NCBI GenBank assembly: GCA_041742865.1
Contig: JBGTNW010000143.1
Location: 8,203 to 72,202, forward strand
From: Phormidesmis sp.
Lineage (GTDB): Bacteria > Cyanobacteriota > Cyanobacteriia > Phormidesmidales > Phormidesmidaceae
Reading direction: 5' to 3'
Length of the DNA stretch: 64,000 nucleotides
The translations under genes were made by a program, and so were the position numbers. Positions 10,626 to 20,700 of the stretch are shown piece by piece (within the stretch, counting starts at the first letter, position 1; every line of letters begins with the position of its first letter). The notes beneath the pieces are model-generated. The model saw nothing but the letters and a program-made list of their open reading frames with translations. It was not told the origin of the DNA and did no database searches.

Positions 10626-12536
10626 ATGGGTAAAGTAGTCGGAATTGACCTCGGAACCACCAATTCAGTCGTGGCCGTTATGGAAGGGGGTAAGCCCAGC
10701 GTTATCGCCAACGCCGAAGGCTTTCGGACTACCCCTTCAGTGGTCGCTTATGCTAAAAATGGCGATCGCCTCGTGGGTCAAATCGCCAAGCGCCAAGCCG
10801 TCATGAACCCCGAAAATACGCTGTACTCAGTTAAGCGATTTATCGGTCGTCGCCATGACGAGGTGAACAACGAATCCAGCGAAGTCCCTTACAAAGTGGC
10901 CAACGTTGGTGGCAACGTTAAAATCGAAACCTCTGACGGCAAGCAGTACGCCCCCGAAGAAATTTCTGCTCAGGTACTGCGCAAGCTAGTCGATGACGCC
11001 AGCAAATATCTTGGCGAGAAAGTCACTCAAGCCGTCATTACCGTCCCCGCTTACTTCAACGATTCTCAGCGTCAAGCTACCAAAGATGCTGGTAAAGTCG
11101 CAGGCGTCGAAGTCCTGCGAATTATTAACGAGCCCACCGCTGCCGCTCTAGCCTACGGCCTAGATAAAAAAAGCAACGAAACAATCCTTGTCTTTGACCT
11201 AGGTGGTGGAACCTTTGACGTCTCCATCCTAGAAGTCGGCGATGGCGTTTTTGAAGTGCTCTCTACCTCTGGCGACACCCACTTAGGCGGCGATGACTTC
11301 GATAAAAAGCTCGTCGATTATCTTGCCGAAGACTTTGCCGCCAAAGAAGGGATCGACCTTCGCAAAGACAAGCAAGCCCTTCAGCGCCTTACCGAAGCTG
11401 CTGAAAAGGCCAAAATCGAACTCTCTAGCGTCAGTCAAGCAGAAGTCAACCTGCCCTTCATCACTGCGACTCAAGACGGTCCTAAGCACTTAGAGACCAC
11501 CCTGACCCGCGCCAAATTTGAAGAACTTTGCTCCGACCTCATTGACCGTTGCGGCGTCCCCGTTCAAAACGCTCTCAAAGATGCCAAACTCAGCAAATCT
11601 GATATTGACGAAGTCGTGTTAGTAGGTGGCTCTACTCGCATTCCCGCAGTTCAGAGCCTCGTCGAAAAGATTCTTGGCAAAGCGCCCAACCAAACCGTCA
11701 ATCCTGACGAAGTAGTGGCCATTGGCGCAGCTATTCAAGGCGGCGTCTTAGCCGGAGAAGTCAAAGACATCTTGCTATTGGATGTCACCCCGCTTTCTCT
11801 GGGCGTAGAAACGCTCGGTGGCGTCATGACTAAACTCATCAATCGCAACACCACCATCCCCACCAAAAAGTCAGAAGTCTTCTCGACCGCAGTCGATGGT
11901 CAGACCAACGTGGAAATTCACGTTCTGCAAGGTGAGCGGGAAATGTCTAGCGACAATAAGAGCCTCGGAACTTTCCGACTCGATGGGATTCCGTCAGCTC
12001 GACGAGGTGAGCCTCAAATCGAGGTAATTTTTGATATTGACGCCAACGGCATCTTAAACGTCACCGCCAAAGATAAAGGATCCGGTAAAGAACAATCGAT
12101 TAGCATCACGGGTGCTTCTACACTCTCTGATACCGAAGTCGAGAAAATGGTGCGCGACGCTGAAAGTAATGCCGACGCAGACAAAGAGCGGCGTGAACGA
12201 GTTGATGTCAAAAATCAGGCTGATTCTCTCGCCTACCAAGCTGAAAAGCAAGTAGAGGAGCTAGGTGACAAAGTTCCCGCAGCAGACAAAGAGAAAGTTG
12301 AAGGACATATCAAAGAGCTAAAAGAAGCGCTTGCGGCTGAAGACTTTGAAAAAACTAAGTCTTCAATGGCAGCTTTGCAAGAAGCACTCTATGCCCTGAG
12401 CAGCAACCTCTATCAGCAAGCCGGAGCTGGTGAAGCAACTGCCGAAGGTAGTGATGCAAGCACAGGCGATGGTACTACTGCTGCAAGTGGAGAGGATGTA
12501 ATTGACGCCGAATTCTCTGAAACGGATGCTCAGTAA
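10626..12536 (+). CDS. dnaK: Chaperone DnaK (DnaK2 type)
   Basis: [27 protein letters not shown]-terminus. Confidence 0.99.
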   Translation: MGKVVGIDLGTTNSVVAVMEGGKPSVIANAEGFRTTPSVVAYAKNGDRLVGQIAKRQAVMNPENTLYSVKRFIGRRHDEVNNESSEVPYKVANVGGNVKIETSDGKQYAPEEISAQVLRKLVDDASKYLGEKVTQAVITVPAYFNDSQRQATKDAGKVAGVEVLRIINEPTAAALAYGLDKKSNETILVFDLGGGTFDVSILEVGDGVFEVLSTSGDTHLGGDDFDKKLVDYLAEDFAAKEGIDLRKDKQALQRLTEAAEKAKIELSSVSQAEVNLPFITATQDGPKHLETTLTRAKFEELCSDLIDRCGVPVQNALKDAKLSKSDIDEVVLVGGSTRIPAVQSLVEKILGKAPNQTVNPDEVVAIGAAIQGGVLAGEVKDILLLDVTPLSLGVETLGGVMTKLINRNTTIPTKKSEVFSTAVDGQTNVEIHVLQGEREMSSDNKSLGTFRLDGIPSARRGEPQIEVIFDIDANGILNVTAKDKGSGKEQSISITGASTLSDTEVEKMVRDAESNADADKERRERVDVKNQADSLAYQAEKQVEELGDKVPAADKEKVEGHIKELKEALAAEDFEKTKSSMAALQEALYALSSNLYQQAGAGEATAEGSDASTGDGTTAASGEDVIDAEFSETDAQ

Positions 12537-12637
12537 GTAGCCTCGGTCATAGCTTGTGCAACATTAAGTGCTGAGAAAGGTCTAAATGGATCTAGTTCGG
12601 CACTTAGCGAGCATCACAAAAAGCACCCCTAACCCTG

Positions 12638-12681
12638 ATAAAAGGCGCATCTAGCTGCTATGGCTAGATGCGCCTTTTTAT
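12638..12681. terminator. Bidirectional intrinsic terminator between dnaK and hli
   Basis: aaaaggcgcatctagc...gctagatgcgcctttt perfect stem between convergent genes. Confidence 0.85.
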
Positions 12682-12718
12682 TTAAAAATAAGGTCGGCAG
12701 ATACTGACAGACACGAAC

Positions 12719-12889
12719 CTATACCAAACCCAATAGCGTTAACAGCCCTTTCCCGGTTAGTAGCTCGATCAAGATAAGCGCTGCTATGCCAATCATCGCT
12801 GCTCTGCCATTGAGCCGCTCTGCATATTGATTGAAACCCTTTTTAGGGCGCTCCATATTAGGTATTTTAGTGGGCTGAATACTGGCCAT
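12719..12889 (-). CDS. High-light-inducible protein (Hli/SCP)
   Basis: GFNQYAERLNGRAAMIG chlorophyll-binding motif; start probably MASIQP. Confidence 0.92.
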   Translation of the reverse strand: MASIQPTKIPNMERPKKGFNQYAERLNGRAAMIGIAALILIELLTGKGLLTLLGLV

Positions 12890-13268
12890 AGCGATTCTCA
12901 AATCAAAACAGTTACTTTTCTATTGTTGGCAGCGATCGCCTATCCAGTCAACAATTCGCCCATTCCAACGCTGACCCGCCTCAAAATGTCCATAAACTGC
13001 CCCCGCTACTCACCAAAACTAATTGCCCTTTTAGGTTCAAAACCCTGTCGCTAAACCACGTTCAAGTTGAAATCTTGAGTTTCCCTGCCAGAAAAACGAC
13101 AGTTTTAGATAGGGACAAGGTTGATTTACAAACTCTTAGCGATTGCCGTCCATCAGGTCAGTGAAACCACTGTTCTCTCAAGTATAGAAAATCCTTTAAG
13201 ACAGAAAGGCAGACACCCAACCCATCCGCTTCAGCTTGCACATACACTGTCCTTGACCAACCTCTATT

Positions 13269-14045
13269 ATGAAACGCCCTAGCCTTAACCCGGTTGCCCT
13301 TCCCCTAGCAGTCGCTGGCTTGCTGACCTTGAGCGCCCTTAGCGCACCGGTTCTTGCAAATACTCGGCCCACCAATACGACTAGTACACTAAGGCAAGGG
13401 CTCCCCGGCAGGCGCATCAGCGGCGGATCGCGATCGCCTAGCACCACTTGCCTACTCATCCCAAATCAGCCTGTAATCGCCCTAATGCCTGCAACTAGCC
13501 TAGGGCTTACCCTAGCTGAACACCCCACCTTGTGGTTTTTACTCCCTGCGGTTAGCCGTGACCGAAATCTAGAATTTGGCCTCATCGATCCATCCGGAGA
13601 AACCGTCTATCAACGGCTCTTTGAGGCTTCCGGTGAAGCCGGTATCACTAGCTTCACCCTACCCAAAAGCCTGTCACCGCTGACTGTAGATCAAAACTAC
13701 AAATGGTATCTATCAGTCATCTGCAACCCTAGCAGCCGCTCAGAAGATCTCTACGTCAACGGCTGGATCAGGCGAGTCCAACCAACCGCCGCAATCACCC
13801 AACAACTCACCACTGCCACACTTCAAGAGCGTTTCACACTTTATCAAGCCTCAGATTTTTGGTACGACGCCCTCACCGCGTTAGCAACGCTACAGCGCAG
13901 TGATCCGGCGCTCATCACCCCCCAATGGGCAAGCCTGTTAGAGTCTGTCGGCTTATCGCAAGTAGCCACCGCCGCGTTTAGTCGTCACCCTGATTTGAGC
14001 TCAGCCATACAACACTCTCGAAACCCACCTTCACCCTTTAACTAA
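13269..14045 (+). CDS. DUF928 family secreted protein
   Basis: Signal peptide, PGRRISGGSR, HPTLWF, Y-W-LSVIC, GWIRRV, WYDAL. Confidence 0.85.
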   Translation: MKRPSLNPVALPLAVAGLLTLSALSAPVLANTRPTNTTSTLRQGLPGRRISGGSRSPSTTCLLIPNQPVIALMPATSLGLTLAEHPTLWFLLPAVSRDRNLEFGLIDPSGETVYQRLFEASGEAGITSFTLPKSLSPLTVDQNYKWYLSVICNPSSRSEDLYVNGWIRRVQPTAAITQQLTTATLQERFTLYQASDFWYDALTALATLQRSDPALITPQWASLLESVGLSQVATAAFSRHPDLSSAIQHSRNPPSPFN

Positions 14046-14054
14046 ATTACTGCT

Positions 14055-14864
14055 ATGGAGCTTATGACTATGGGCAGCAATCCCTTTATCTTAAAATCAT
14101 TCTTGTCCACAGGTTGCGGACTTGTCCTCTTGCTAAACGCATTCAGCTTACCCAGTTTGGCTAACAGCAGCAGCAACCTCAGACAAGGACTTCCTGGTAG
14201 GCGGATCAGCGGCGGCGTTCGGCTACCGGACGCTAGCTGCTTTACAGACTTCAACCAATCAGTCGTCGCCATACTCCCTCGCAGCATCATTGGCAAAACC
14301 GCCGAAGCCCATCCTACTTTTTGGTTTTCCACGCCTGAATTTGGTGCCTCAAAAACAGTCGCTTTTGAACTCTTTAGTCGCTCAGATGAACTGATCTACA
14401 GCGCTCAACTTGAGATCAGCGACGAGCACGGGCTCAGCGAATTTAAGCTGCCCGAAACCGCGCCTGCTTTAGTCATTGGTGAAGATTATCGTTGGGTATT
14501 CTCCGTTGCATGCGATACTGCTAAAGCACCGGCTTTAGGGGTGCAAGGCATCGTTCATAGAGTTGATTTAACCGATGAGGTAGCCGCTCAAATCGAAGCA
14601 GCTACCCCAACTGAAAAACTCGCTCTCTACGAAGCTGCCCAGCTTTGGCATGAGCAGGTCACTACCCTGATCGGTCTTCGTCGAGAACACTCATTTAATA
14701 GGGTGTTTCAGTTTGAATGGGCGGCGCTGATCGAGTCCATCGGCCTAAGCTCTGAAGTCTCTAGCAATGTTTCACCTGCCATGACAGCAATTGAACCTAC
14801 AGCCTTATCAAATATTATTTCAGAGCAAAGTTTTCGCTCAGACTCCATCCTGACTCTCCCGTGA
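14055..14864 (+). CDS. DUF928 family protein (tandem paralogue)
   Basis: RQGLPGRRISGGVR, HPTFWF, YRWVFSVAC. Confidence 0.82.
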   Translation: MELMTMGSNPFILKSFLSTGCGLVLLLNAFSLPSLANSSSNLRQGLPGRRISGGVRLPDASCFTDFNQSVVAILPRSIIGKTAEAHPTFWFSTPEFGASKTVAFELFSRSDELIYSAQLEISDEHGLSEFKLPETAPALVIGEDYRWVFSVACDTAKAPALGVQGIVHRVDLTDEVAAQIEAATPTEKLALYEAAQLWHEQVTTLIGLRREHSFNRVFQFEWAALIESIGLSSEVSSNVSPAMTAIEPTALSNIISEQSFRSDSILTLP

Positions 14865-14967
14865 CTCATGGCTGATGAGATCCTCACACTCAATGATTAA
14901 GGCCCCAGGCTACAGGGCATTCTAGAAATAGCAAACCCGTCCGCCGATCCTTGATAGGAGAGATCTA

Positions 14968-17508
14968 TTGTCTTTACCTGCCAAACACTACAAACGACTG
15001 CAAAACCAGCCTCATTGGCTAGCCAGCATAATCGTTACAGGTCTGCTATTAGCCTTAAGACAAATCGGTGGCCTCCAGTCGCTCGAACTGTTTGCCTTTG
15101 ACCATATGGTGAGGCTGCAAGCGGATCAAGGCCCTGATCCCCGTCTGCTTGTAGTCGAAGTCACCGAAGAAGACATTCGCAACCAGAGCGAATGGCCCAT
15201 GTCAGATCAAACCGTGGCCAACTTACTGAGCCAGTTACAAAAGCACAAGCCCAAAGCCATTGGTCTAGACATTTACAGAGACATCCCCCAAGGTCAAGGC
15301 CAAGCAGCGCTTAGGAAAGCCCTTGAATCGCCTGAAGTAGTTGCAATTACAGCATTAGGCATCAATGCCGATGATTACATTCCACCGCCGCCCGATTTAG
15401 ATCCCAGTCAGGTAGGTTTTAACGATTTCGTCATCGACTCAGACGGAATTTTGCGCCGTGGCCTGTTGTTTGCCGTTGAAGACGACACCAAGCTGTATTC
15501 CTTTGCGCTACAGCTCAGCCGCAAATACCTAGAAGCAGAGGGTAAAGTCTTTACAGTCGATGGAGAAGCTATTCACCTTGGCTCTACTGACTTTATCCCG
15601 CTAACAGCCAAATCAGGTGGATACGAGAACATCAATCCCGCAGGCTATCAAATTCTGCTGAACTACCGCTCATCCAACTTTGTGGCCAGAACAGTGACTC
15701 TTAGCAAGGTGATGGAGGGCAAAGTAGAGCCGGGATGGATTGAAGACAAGATCGTGCTGATTGGCGTGACTGCGCCTAGCGCCAAAGATTTCTTTTATAC
15801 ACCCTATAGTTCAGAAAAAGATACTAAGCATGTGATGCCGGGCGTGCTGGTGCATACCCAAATTGTCAGTCAGATTTTGAGCAGCGTATTAGATGCTAAA
15901 CCGCTGTTTTGGTATTGGCCTCAGTGGGGAGAAATTGCTTGGATATGGGGATGGTCGCTAGCCGGCGGGTTTGTGGTTTGGCGGATGAAGCGATCCGCGC
16001 TGCTAGGCATTGTGCTACTGGCTGAATTAGGTATTTTGGGCGGTGTTTGCCTAGTTTCTTTTAGTTTTATGGGTTGGGTGCCTTTTGCTGCACCTGCTTT
16101 CGCGCTTTTATTGACCAGTGGAGCGCTCATTACCTATCAGGTGTTTTATCAGTCGTTTTATGATCCGCTAACGGAGTTACCGAACCGTTCTTTATTTGTG
16201 AGGCAGCTGCGGCGAGCGATTCAAAGAATCGATCCAGCAGAAATACACGCATCTTCAGCCGTCTTGCTGCTAGATTTAGACCACTTCAAGGCGATTAATG
16301 AGAGCTTTGGGCATCGATTTGGTGATTTGCTGCTGATGCAGGCGGCTGAACGCATTAAATCGATGCTGCCAGCGCAAGCTCAGTTAGCTCGAATTGGCGG
16401 TGATGAGTTTGCTATTTTGCTTCAAGATTTGACCGAGGCAAGTCAAGCAACCAAGATCGCCGACAAGCTATACAACAGGCTATCAGAAGCTTTTGAGATT
16501 GAGGGTCAGCCCGTCACGACTAGCTTTAGCATTGGCATCGCGCTCGATCAAATTGGCCATCCTGATCAGGCTGAAACACTGATGCAAGATGCCCACAGGG
16601 CGATGTCACGAGCGCGGGCACTGGGCAAAGAGCACTATGAAATTTTTGATCCGGGGATGCGATCAGAGGCGGTTAAGCGATTTCATTTAGAAGGTGAGCT
16701 GAGACAAGCAATTGATAGGCAAGAGTTTTTGCTTTACTACCAGCCCATTATTAATTTATTAACGGGTCATCTAGCTGGGTTTGAGGCGCTGGTACGCTGG
16801 CAACATCCGCAGCAAGGGTTTGTCTCTCCGGGAGATTTTATTCCGGCAGCAGAAGAGACAGGGCTGATTATCCCGCTGGGCAATTGGATCTTGACAAAAG
16901 CCTGTGCTCAAATGTACTTGTGGCAGCAGCAGTTTCCACATGCTAAAGACTTAATGGTGAGTGTCAACCTTTCGACTAAGCAGTTTAATCAGGCTAACCT
17001 CTCGGCGGAAGTGTCTAGTATTTTAAAGAAAACTGGGTTAGAAAGTCACTGTCTTAAGCTGGAGCTGACGGAAAGTGCGGCGATGGAAGATGTTAATGGC
17101 ACTATTGAGCAACTTATGAAGCTAAAGGCTTTGAATCTCAAATTGAGTCTGGATGATTTTGGCACTGGATATTCATCTCTGAGCTATTTGCATCAACTGC
17201 CAACAGATACCCTAAAAGTGGATCAGTCTTTTGTCGGACGGATGGAAGAAAAGTCGGGAGAGGATGGTGAGATTGTTAAAACCATTATCTCGCTGGGCCA
17301 TCAGCTCGGTATGGATGTGATTGCTGAGGGCATAGAAACTGCCGCTCAGTTATCGGGGTTACGAAAGCTTAGATGCAATTATGGGCAGGGATACTTTTTT
17401 GCTAAGCCGTTGCCTGCGGAGGCTGCTACGGAATTGATTTTGGCTGGCAAAAATTGGTTAGATAGCAGCCGGGAAGATGATAAGGCGCTAGCTATTGCTG
17501 TTCAGTAA
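14968..17508 (+). CDS. CHASE2-GGDEF-EAL c-di-GMP enzyme
   Basis: CHASE2 (IGLDIYRD, MPGV..H), 3 TM, intact GGDEF, EAL and DDFGTGYSS. Confidence 0.93.
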   Translation: MSLPAKHYKRLQNQPHWLASIIVTGLLLALRQIGGLQSLELFAFDHMVRLQADQGPDPRLLVVEVTEEDIRNQSEWPMSDQTVANLLSQLQKHKPKAIGLDIYRDIPQGQGQAALRKALESPEVVAITALGINADDYIPPPPDLDPSQVGFNDFVIDSDGILRRGLLFAVEDDTKLYSFALQLSRKYLEAEGKVFTVDGEAIHLGSTDFIPLTAKSGGYENINPAGYQILLNYRSSNFVARTVTLSKVMEGKVEPGWIEDKIVLIGVTAPSAKDFFYTPYSSEKDTKHVMPGVLVHTQIVSQILSSVLDAKPLFWYWPQWGEIAWIWGWSLAGGFVVWRMKRSALLGIVLLAELGILGGVCLVSFSFMGWVPFAAPAFALLLTSGALITYQVFYQSFYDPLTELPNRSLFVRQLRRAIQRIDPAEIHASSAVLLLDLDHFKAINESFGHRFGDLLLMQAAERIKSMLPAQAQLARIGGDEFAILLQDLTEASQATKIADKLYNRLSEAFEIEGQPVTTSFSIGIALDQIGHPDQAETLMQDAHRAMSRARALGKEHYEIFDPGMRSEAVKRFHLEGELRQAIDRQEFLLYYQPIINLLTGHLAGFEALVRWQHPQQGFVSPGDFIPAAEETGLIIPLGNWILTKACAQMYLWQQQFPHAKDLMVSVNLSTKQFNQANLSAEVSSILKKTGLESHCLKLELTESAAMEDVNGTIEQLMKLKALNLKLSLDDFGTGYSSLSYLHQLPTDTLKVDQSFVGRMEEKSGEDGEIVKTIISLGHQLGMDVIAEGIETAAQLSGLRKLRCNYGQGYFFAKPLPAEAATELILAGKNWLDSSREDDKALAIAVQ

Positions 17509-17575
17509 TTTCTGGTCTAAACGTTTTTATACTGTGTGTGAGTTCAGTGAGTTAGCAGTAAGAGGGCTTGTTCTA

Positions 17576-17758
17576 ATGGCAGAGTCAGTTCGGTGGGTAG
17601 CAGAGGCGGAGGTTCTTTTGAAGGAGATTCCTTTTTTTGTCAGACCTGCCGCTCGTAAAAAAATAGAAAAGTATGCCCGTGAGCAGGGCTTTTCTGAAAT
17701 TACAGAGGCGGTATACCGACAGGCCAAAGCGCAATTTGGTCGCAAGCAGTCGAAATAG
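17576..17758 (+). CDS. PCP_red family small protein
   Basis: W..EAE..LKEIPFFVRPAARKKIE motif; ATG at 17576. Confidence 0.85.
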   Translation: MAESVRWVAEAEVLLKEIPFFVRPAARKKIEKYAREQGFSEITEAVYRQAKAQFGRKQSK

Positions 17759-17797
17759 CTGTGATAAAGTGACGACGGTTGATTTTAGGAATGTGAT

Positions 17798-20700
17798 TTA
17801 AGCGCGTGAAGTCAGCGACTGTGCTATTAAATCAACGGTTAGTGGTAGTTTTAGGGTTTGTGACTTGGCCGCAATGAGAGCGTCTAGATAAGTGTGCAAG
17901 CGCTTTCCTTGCTCTACGTCGGCAATGTAAATTTGACCGCCTTGCTTTTTGAATAAGGGAAGTTCTGCAAGGCGCTGATAGGTTTCAGTATCAGAAGATT
18001 GAGCGCTGATCATGGGGCGATCGCCTTCGGTCGGCACAAGTCCTGGCGGCAAATGCCCTTCAATTAAAGCTAGGATATGCGATTGACAAGCTCGCGTATT
18101 AATTCCGCGCTGCTCTAGCAGGTGCAAGATACCGCCTGCGGGCAATGGTTGATCGGGTAGTACTCGCAGAAGCTCTAGCAGCAAAAAATAATCGCTGTAC
18201 TGATGACGATTCTGGTTGAGTATTTGAGGGTAGTTGCACAAGTTGGCAAGGCCATAGGCAACTCGACTACAGCTATTGGAATATTCGCCGCTGTAGGTAT
18301 CTTGAATAATAGTGGCATTGGGAAATTTTTGGCGTAGCCAGCGGGCAATAGCGCCTAAAGAGGCTGATCCACCAGTACATACAACCTGATTGACTAGCTG
18401 AGCAGAGAGGTTCTTTTGCTCTAACAAGCCATTGATCTGCCGATTAATTCGCTGAATGTAGGGCACAAATATTTTAGATTCTAGGTCTTTGCGCTTGATG
18501 ACCCACTGCTGATCCCCTAGGGCTAACTCATACTGACTGTCTTCTTGTAAAGCGACTTTGAGCGATCGCGCGGCGGCTAATACTGCTCGGCCCAGTGACG
18601 AGCTGTGGAGACGCTGCCGCAACCGATGCCGCTGAGACCGATCCGCTTCTCCAACACGCGGCAAAATAAGCTGGTGCAGTCCCAAGCTTTGCCAGGAAGC
18701 ATCCTCAGTGACAGTAGAGTCAGTTGCTGTAGAACCCGACACTTGCTGATCTTGAATGGGTAGGTGTAGTAGCTGACAAATAATGTCTTGGTCTAGTCCA
18801 TCGCCAGCGTAGGTGAAGCTACGCAGCGCAAAGTCTTGATAGCTGAGCTGATCGAGTTCATCTGGTAAAGTTACGACGGCTGACTCGGTAAGCGTTGCCC
18901 CGGCGCTAATCACGACTGTAGCGCCAGACCAATTGCAGTTGTAAAGTCCAGGCTGCTGAGTATCGAGCTGATCAGTAACAGCATTGGGCGTGGGTAACAC
19001 TGATAGCAAGGCTGTAATTGTCTCCTCGACAAAGTATATCTGATCAGGACGTGTCACCATGCCTGAAGCTAACACTGCCTCCCGAATATTAAAGCTATAA
19101 GTATCAGGCCAATTGTTAGGGTAGCCCACAATTACGCCCTTCAGATCTGCTAAGGCGCGCCTCAATGTCTCTGATGTAAGCTCAATAGCCCGGCAGCTTA
19201 GTTTTTCAACACTTAAGGTTTTAAACAAATCGCTCAGCGCTGCTTGCAGATCCTTTAAAGGCAGCGCTTGATAGTCAGACCACTGAATGAAAGGTTCGCC
19301 AGATGACTCACGAGGAATACCCACCTTAAGCAGTGGCTTAAGATTGCGCAGTAGCTGATCGCCTTGTTGCAAGGCCAGTGGTCCGACTATGCCAACACTA
19401 CTCAGCCCTTGATCTAGTTGAGCAGATGGATTAATTTGAACTACAGCGGGCAGCCGAAAGCGGTTGGTCTGATGGTCACCAGCTACATTCCAACAGAGTG
19501 GAAACACCTGATTATCTAGTTGGTTGATGAGTACCGCTGATAAACCCGTCGTTCCTAGGTCAATTCCCAAGAACCACGCTGCTAATTGCGGATCCGCTAG
19601 GTTATCTCCTCCTTGATCTAAAATAGGCTGCCTGTCTAGCTCGGCGGTTACAAAAGGGTCTATTGGCTCTTCCGCAGCAGACTGTAAGCTTGCAGTAGGC
19701 GGTTCAATGACGTATGGCTGATCGACAAATGAATCAATGACAGGTGGTTCATTCGTTGAGCCATCAATGACCTCTGGATCAGCTAGCGCGCTTGTCGATG
19801 CAGAGGTCTCAAATACCGGCATTGCCGTTGTCAGGGGCCGCCCACCTGGTTCGTCTACTGCAATTATCTCATCTGGCTCATCTAGCTCATCTGGCTCATC
19901 TGCTTTAACGAGCTCATCAACTGTAGAGAGCTCATTTTCCATTGATAGGGCATCGCTTTCAACGGGTTTATCTATAAGTTCAGAATATTCAGAAGATTCA
20001 GAAAATTCTGAATCTTCCAGATTGTCTAACTCTAGTAGTTCATCTAGAGAATCCAAATCGGTCAAGCCAACTGAATTGCTTATTGCGCTCGAAGTATCTG
20101 TACGCTCAGAAGAAAGCTCAGGTATTGCGCTAAAAATGCCTTCTAGCGCATCATCAGAAAGCTCCGTTGATTCAGTAGTGCTCCCCTCAGACATAGCCGA
20201 AGCTATCACTTGGGCAGGCGCACTAGTGCCATGAAAATCTAAATCATCATCAAAGTCTGCTGGCGGCAGAGGTAGCGCTGTCTCTGAATCTTCTTCTGGG
20301 CTCAAAAGACTAACCGAATCATCTAGCAGATCATTATTCACCGCTTTTTCTGCATCTTCTTCTGTTTCTAGAGATGCCTCCAACGGAGCAACAGAACTTT
20401 CATCAGATGACTTGTCTGTTTCTACTTCTAGATCTTGATCTTCAATGGGCGGCTCGGCTGCTAGTACATCTACAGCAGTAGCCGTTGGCCTATCAGGGAT
20501 AGCGGAGGAATCGAGCGGCAGTGAATCTACCGACAGCGTAGTGGGTAGAGGGGCTTGTGCCTCAAAAACAACGGCTTCTTCTAAATCTGACACTAGATCT
20601 GGTAATGGCAATCCTAGCTCCGCATCATTTGCTTCTAAAGCAATACGCTCAGCCGTCTGACTGTCTATCTCTAGTTCACTAAGTAAATGATTGGGCAAAG

